IMG/VR virus record: IMGVR_UViG_3300033997_000243
Span: 255,519-319,518 of that record
Length of the DNA stretch: 64,000 bases
Strand: one strand, 5' to 3'
A program made the translations under genes and the position numbers. Position 1 is the first letter of the stretch. The number at the start of each line of letters is the position of its first letter. Below are positions 58,948 through 64,000 of this stretch, piece after piece. A model generated the notes under the pieces. That model saw only the letters and a program-made list of their open reading frames with translations. It did no database searches and was not told where the DNA came from.

Positions 58948-60021
58948 ATGGCGGTTAAGAAATCACCAAAGAAAACATCGGCTGTTGCAGAAGATATGCA
59001 GTCGATCATAACAACTGAATTGCAAAAATTAGACGGGCCGCAAAAAACAACACAAGATCGCATAATGGTATGTTGTCCATTTCACGATGAAAGGACTCCA
59101 AGTTGCGGTGTTGTAGTAAGTGAAGGATCTCGTTATCCAATGGGAACATTCAACTGTTTTGGTTGTCCTGAAAGTGGAGATTGGAACAAGTTTGCTGAAA
59201 AAGCTGGATTAAGAAAAATATCAAATCTTATTCCAAAAACAGGAAGTGTTGACACGAACGGACTGAATAAGAAACTTCGTGAAATGGAAGGAGGAATGCT
59301 GACCAACAAAAATACTGACATGGAAGGAATGTTAAAAAGTTTGGGAGATCCTTCAACAATTGATTGGCCTATTTATAATGAATGGCGTGGTTATCCTGGA
59401 TGGTTAATTAAAAATTTGAATGGACTTGCTGCCGTAAATAAATATAGCGAGTTCAAATGTATATTGCCTGTAAAAGTTGGCAAAGAAATTAAAGGTGTTA
59501 TAGAGGCACTTGAAGAAAAGAAAGAAGGTAAGCTAAGTTATGTAAGTAGTGCAGGTGATTGGGTTAAAGAAAGTGGATTATTTCCTTTCAACTTTGTTAA
59601 AGCAATGCTTGCCAAAATGAAATATCGTTATGTAGTTTTGGTTGAAGGCCCAAGGGATGCACTGCGTTTAATAATGGCTGGTATTCCTGCACTTGCGGTA
59701 TTAGGTTCTCAAAATATAAATGGAAAGAAATTACGTTTGGTAGAAAGGCTTGATATTGAATTACTTTGTTGGCTACCGGATAATGATGCGGCAGGTAAAG
59801 CAATGGCAGAAAAGCTTGAATGGATGTGCAACAACATGCAGATTTCTTTTGAGTATCGAGGATTTAAGTTACCACGTAAGAAAGGAAAGGATGGCAAGAT
59901 TGTAAAATTAGATCCTGACGTAATGCCTAAGAAAATGTTACGTGCTTTGAAAGATGAAATAAAGGAATATGGTGGGAAATTTATAAAGCCTGAAAATTTA
60001 CGAATGATTGAGCAAAAATAA
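58948..60021 (+). CDS. dnaG: DNA primase (CHC2 zinc finger plus TOPRIM)
   Basis: CPFHDERTPS...CFGC; LVEGPRD; PDND.AG. Confidence 0.92.
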   Translation: MAVKKSPKKTSAVAEDMQSIITTELQKLDGPQKTTQDRIMVCCPFHDERTPSCGVVVSEGSRYPMGTFNCFGCPESGDWNKFAEKAGLRKISNLIPKTGSVDTNGLNKKLREMEGGMLTNKNTDMEGMLKSLGDPSTIDWPIYNEWRGYPGWLIKNLNGLAAVNKYSEFKCILPVKVGKEIKGVIEALEEKKEGKLSYVSSAGDWVKESGLFPFNFVKAMLAKMKYRYVVLVEGPRDALRLIMAGIPALAVLGSQNINGKKLRLVERLDIELLCWLPDNDAAGKAMAEKLEWMCNNMQISFEYRGFKLPRKKGKDGKIVKLDPDVMPKKMLRALKDEIKEYGGKFIKPENLRMIEQK

Positions 60022-60050
60022 AAGGGGAGCCATTACGGTTCCCCTTTTTT
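60020..60050. terminator. Bidirectional intrinsic terminator
   Basis: AAAAGGGGAGCC-atta-cGGTTCCCCTTTTTT between convergent genes. Confidence 0.85.
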
Positions 60051-60061
60051 ACGTCTGTACT

Positions 60062-60709
60062 TTAGATCTTTTCAGCAATCAAATCTTGAAGTTTGCTGTT
60101 CTTACTCTTGTCCATCAGTTCTTCTAAATCAGAACTATTCAGTTGAGAAGAGAACTTGTTGAAAATCTTCACAACTTGATCATCAGTCGCTTCTGGATCT
60201 TCCGACACGCCAAGAATTTCTTCGACAGCAGTTAAATCGTCATCAGCATCTTCCACATCAAGGTTTGCACTTTGCATTTTACCTTGCAGACTTTCAGAAG
60301 GCTGAGCTTTTGCGCCACCGATTTCAAAAGTTTCGGTAACAGAACGTGCAACATATTTGCCACCGTTATTTTTCAGTGCAACAGCAGCAGCTTCACGTAA
60401 CTCAGAATTTTCACTCAGAATACGCTCAGCATCAAGGTTGTCAATCAGAACCAAATATTGCATACTCAGTAAACGCTTGAATTCATGTGAATTCAAAATA
60501 GCTTCACGAGTTGTAATAGCGGTCAAATCTAAAGGTGCGTTAGTGTTTGGAACACTAACCGCAGAAGGTTGACCGTTAGCACCTACCACGTTGAAAATAA
60601 CTTCGGCAGGTACAGCCATATTGTTAACAACATAAATGCCGTTAGCAATGTTAGAACCATACTTTTCATTCCAAGCGGCCAGTGTAATTGTTTTTACTTT
60701 TGTACTCAT
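60062..60709 (-). CDS. Hypothetical protein
   Basis: 215 aa, GGAG RBS. Confidence 0.75.
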   Translation of the reverse strand: MSTKVKTITLAAWNEKYGSNIANGIYVVNNMAVPAEVIFNVVGANGQPSAVSVPNTNAPLDLTAITTREAILNSHEFKRLLSMQYLVLIDNLDAERILSENSELREAAAVALKNNGGKYVARSVTETFEIGGAKAQPSESLQGKMQSANLDVEDADDDLTAVEEILGVSEDPEATDDQVVKIFNKFSSQLNSSDLEELMDKSKNSKLQDLIAEKI

Positions 60710-61335
60710 TGTATTGCTCCATGTTTAGACTTCTGTTTTTCAAAAGTCTTTTTCGCGTTGTTGAAATTTTTAAGTGCATACACTAAATTTTTATGCTTGC
60801 CGGGAGTTAAGCATAACACGTTTATTAAAAGGACACTTTCTTCACCGCCACGATTTTGTTCATCAATAAAACTTTGATAAACTTTTGGGTTGGCCGCGTA
60901 GTAAAGCATCCAAGGTTCAAAATTTAATTCCGGTTGATTGAATGGAAAGTTTCTCAGCATTTCATCCAATACATTTGAAATACCCAATTCATATTTGAAC
61001 TTATCACTAGGTTTGAGTTTGCTTTTGATCCAGCCGCAGTATAGATATAAAAGCATGTTTGCTTTAGCTGCGACAACAGCTTTTTTACGAGCATAGAATG
61101 CAAACTTACCATCATAAGACTTCGATTCAAATTTATCTTGGTTAGGTAAAATTTTAAAATGTAGAATTTGCGTGTCACTTAATTTTGTACTTGTGGCCGC
61201 AATATCTAGTTCCAAACAACCTGATTTGGTTTTAACATTGTGATATTGACAAGTTGTAACAATGCACTTGCCTGTAAATTGAAAAGTTTTGTTGCAAGGA
61301 CAAACGGCAATCTTTTGTTGCATGTTAATTCTCAA
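60706..61335 (-). CDS. Hypothetical protein with N-terminal Cys cluster
   Basis: CPC...C....CQYH...GCL; start may be 61323. Confidence 0.7.
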   Translation of the reverse strand: MRINMQQKIAVCPCNKTFQFTGKCIVTTCQYHNVKTKSGCLELDIAATSTKLSDTQILHFKILPNQDKFESKSYDGKFAFYARKKAVVAAKANMLLYLYCGWIKSKLKPSDKFKYELGISNVLDEMLRNFPFNQPELNFEPWMLYYAANPKVYQSFIDEQNRGGEESVLLINVLCLTPGKHKNLVYALKNFNNAKKTFEKQKSKHGAIQ

Positions 61336-61357
61336 ATTTTATTACATACTACTGCAT

Positions 61358-61963
61358 TTACAGTTTGGGTGTTGTTAGAAACCAAGAAATAAACTTTTCC
61401 CAATTGTTTGTATTAAAGTTTTCAAAGTCCTGCATACCTAATATACGTGTCGCAGAATAGAAACCAATAAGAGTGGCATCTAGTTCATGAGGCGTTTTAG
61501 GTGACGCAACTTTACTCATACCATAAGCTCTATAAGTTAAATCCAACTGACTTGCTTTTTTAGATGTCGGATTTTCAAATAAACCTTCCAACTTTTTATT
61601 GATTCTGTTTTTCCATGTACTGGCCAAGTAAATATTTGGCTGCTTATCCGCAAATATGTTCAACATGAGTCCAAGCATTATGTTAATGCACTCTATTGTT
61701 GTTCCTGTAAGTCCACGACTTTGAAAGCGTTCAATGAAAACTCGATCAGGATTGTATTTGCGTTTTATCTTTAACATAGCCTTTTGAAACTTTCTTATTT
61801 GTTTATTCATGTGATTACCTGTAAGTTGGGTAACGCACTTAGTAAACATTCCAGTTCCTAAAATCTTGGCCTTTAATTTTGATCCATCGTAAGAATACTC
61901 TTGTATGCTATAAGCAAAATTTGATGTTCCAGGATCAAATGACAGAATACGTAGCTTTTGCAT
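61358..61963 (-). CDS. ruvC: RuvC-like Holliday junction resolvase
   Basis: ILSFDPGT.N.A, VFIERFQ, ASTWK, HELDA. Confidence 0.85.
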   Translation of the reverse strand: MQKLRILSFDPGTSNFAYSIQEYSYDGSKLKAKILGTGMFTKCVTQLTGNHMNKQIRKFQKAMLKIKRKYNPDRVFIERFQSRGLTGTTIECINIMLGLMLNIFADKQPNIYLASTWKNRINKKLEGLFENPTSKKASQLDLTYRAYGMSKVASPKTPHELDATLIGFYSATRILGMQDFENFNTNNWEKFISWFLTTPKL

Positions 61964-62042
61964 ATTTTATTCCCTTTGCAGTATGTTCTAAAATTAATAA
62001 CCGATAATTTAGATCCGAGAATAATGGAAAGGAATTTTTCAT

Positions 62043-63200
62043 ATGAGTTGGCTTAATACAGCACAAAAGAAGGGCAAACGTAGAGCCAAAAACTTTACAC
62101 ATGAACGCGCTCAAAAGCGTTTAGATGAAACTTTGCCTGTATTCCAAAATCAAATTGAGAACGCGCTTAATGTAGATAGAGTTGTGGCTATTGTGGCTAA
62201 GCGTGTTCGAGCTGGCCGTTATTGCACATGCAGCAAACATATTGCTGAAGATAGTGTGGCCGCACTTGATACAAGTTTGGTTGATATAGAGTCAGATGAA
62301 TACACGCAGACTCCAATTCCAGATTCACAGCCAGAAGGTAAAAAAGCAACTATGGTTTTGGATCTTGGTTCATCAAGTTTGTTTGGAGAAAGTGAGGTAG
62401 AGCGTCATGCTCCAAAACCACTCAATAACAAACGTGTTGAGATTGGTGATATGTTACGTGAAGAACATGAGGAAATAAAGGCCGAAAATCCAGATGATGT
62501 GTTTACCTTTCAAGATGCTATGACATCTGGAACAGGCGTTGATTGTGGTATCTGCTATCGTGAAGGACGCCAACCAGCTTTTGAATTCACGAATTTCCGT
62601 CAATCATTGATGACAAGTTATGATGCACTTGCTATAAAGGGTTACGCTTTTGATAACAGCACTCCAGTAAACTTTATTCAACAAGAATCTGATGGATACG
62701 TGCTTTTTGAAATACTGGTTCCGAAATATTTTATCAGCGCTTCGTACAGCGTTCGTGCTAATACAGATGTGTTACCTTCCAATAATCGTTTATACTTAGG
62801 AACATCAAAAACTCCTTTAAAGTATAACGATTTAGATCAGCATCGCGGAAGAAGTATTCAAGTAAGTGTGCGTGATGTAGCAAATTTTACTCATGCAATA
62901 GTAATGTTTAAATTGAGTGAGGATAGTATTCAGGCTAATATTAGTCAAGAAAATGAAATGGTAAACTACGAACAGGAAATTACAATAGGTGATATTACTG
63001 TTGTTCTTCCTGCGCGTATAGGTTTATTCAGATCAGAAGATTTTATTATTGTTCCCGAACGTAATTTAGTCTTGAAAGTAAATGATGTACCGCGCAAGTC
63101 AACGGCAGATCGTCAGGTTTGGGAATGGATGGCAACTACCCGTGCTGTTCAAAGATCTGAAGCTGCTTACAACATTTTTAAAAGCTATAAACTTTATTGA
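62043..63200 (+). CDS. Hypothetical protein, possibly a virion head-completion protein
   Basis: 385 aa; RYCTC...CGICY; the function is a weak inference. Confidence 0.65.
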   Translation: MSWLNTAQKKGKRRAKNFTHERAQKRLDETLPVFQNQIENALNVDRVVAIVAKRVRAGRYCTCSKHIAEDSVAALDTSLVDIESDEYTQTPIPDSQPEGKKATMVLDLGSSSLFGESEVERHAPKPLNNKRVEIGDMLREEHEEIKAENPDDVFTFQDAMTSGTGVDCGICYREGRQPAFEFTNFRQSLMTSYDALAIKGYAFDNSTPVNFIQQESDGYVLFEILVPKYFISASYSVRANTDVLPSNNRLYLGTSKTPLKYNDLDQHRGRSIQVSVRDVANFTHAIVMFKLSEDSIQANISQENEMVNYEQEITIGDITVVLPARIGLFRSEDFIIVPERNLVLKVNDVPRKSTADRQVWEWMATTRAVQRSEAAYNIFKSYKLY

Positions 63201-63208
63201 GGTGACTA

Positions 63209-63418
63209 ATGAAAGTCTTGGTTTCGGTAAGTAAAAAGAAAGGTGGTAAGAAGAAAACTGGTCGCAGTCTTATGCTGAGTACAATCATGCCGTTTCTTTC
63301 CGGTGATTTAGGTGAACAGATTCAGACTGCTGTTGAAAAAGAAGAAGGCGAGAAAGTAGAGGCACTAATGAAGCAAGTAGGTGCTAAACTTCGCGCTAAA
63401 TTTGAAAGCACTAAATAA
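63209..63418 (+). CDS. Small hypothetical protein
   Basis: 69 aa, GAGGTGA RBS. Confidence 0.7.
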   Translation: MKVLVSVSKKKGGKKKTGRSLMLSTIMPFLSGDLGEQIQTAVEKEEGEKVEALMKQVGAKLRAKFESTK

Positions 63419-63425
63419 GTTTTGT

Positions 63426-63453
63426 AGGGCGGCCTTAAAAGCTGCCCTTTTTT
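63426..63453 (+). terminator. Intrinsic terminator
   Basis: AGGGCGGC-cttaaaa-GCTGCCCT-TTTTT. Confidence 0.85.
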
Positions 63454-64000
63454 ACGTCCAAAATTCGTGAATTTTCCTACCAATTTTCGATGTATTTTTA
63501 CTGAAATTCTGTCCCCATTTTAAAGAAAAAGGCTAAATTTATGTTTTAGCTATTTTGGGTAAAAACACCATTTTTTGCCGTTGCATCTAAATAGGGTTTT
63601 AACGCTTCTAAGTGTGCTAAAGTCTGATAGTCAGAAACTGTGGTCTGCTAAAGTAATACTGTAAATTAAATAAAAACAGCTGGATCAATTGGGCTTTTGG
63701 AAATGAGTTAATTGCTTAGGATCGTTGGTTGATCAGTTAGTAATTAAAGAAGGTTTATAGTTGGTGTGAGCGAAGTGAACACCAACTTTGGAATCATGGA
63801 TTCCTAAAATTCTTTAAAAATTACTAAATGCCCCAACAGACAACAGGCCACTAGAATAAATTAAAAGATCAAAAAGATCTCAAGGCATTTGAATTAGCCC
63901 ACAGCGATCAGTGGAACAGATCATAAAAAGGCGGAGGTCTGCCTAAAATTTGCCTTCGTCAAATTAACAGGCCAGATCTTTTTTTTTTTTTTTTTTTTTG

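Noticed and set aside
54897-63453. Near-identical inverted sequences at 54897 and 63426 as ends of an invertible segment
   Set aside because: Both are ordinary terminators oriented with their genes, and no recombinase is nearby.
63978-63999. Long poly-T run (about 22 nt)
   Set aside because: A homopolymer at the window edge may be a sequencing or assembly artefact and cannot be assessed without reads.

Overview
AT-rich segment of a large (jumbo-type) dsDNA tailed bacteriophage genome, almost entirely coded on the minus strand with the standard code. The host is probably a gammaproteobacterium, inferred from a host-like FliA and a tRNA-Gly. Recognisable genes are: an intein-containing terminase large subunit running off the left edge (absent from the ORF track), DnaB helicase, an HNH protein, GyrA (no C-terminal pinwheel) and GyrB, NADAR, UvsE, FliA/sigma28, 2OG-Fe(II) oxygenase, thymidylate kinase, Nudix hydrolase, intein-containing RecA, gp32-like SSB, two divergent sigma70-family proteins, a Cas4-like nuclease, primase, RuvC and tRNA-Gly(UCC). 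The gene set resembles, from memory and unverified, Y3/JA11/PaBG-type jumbo myoviruses. Features beyond the gene list: (1) nine copies of an early-promoter cassette with a fixed upstream GTGTGTCAAAAA box, several doubling as terminators and followed by a shared leader hairpin; (2) a second promoter class, AAACTGTAAATA; (3) a roughly 2.6 kb tRNA-linked island of highly structured, apparently non-coding RNAs; (4) a block pairing a K/A-rich histone-like protein with very acidic proteins carrying repeated helix-extension-helix modules; (5) a protein ending in an ssrA-tag-like peptide; (6) a GATC-rich non-coding region at the right end. Everything was read by eye; no searches or folding programs were run.
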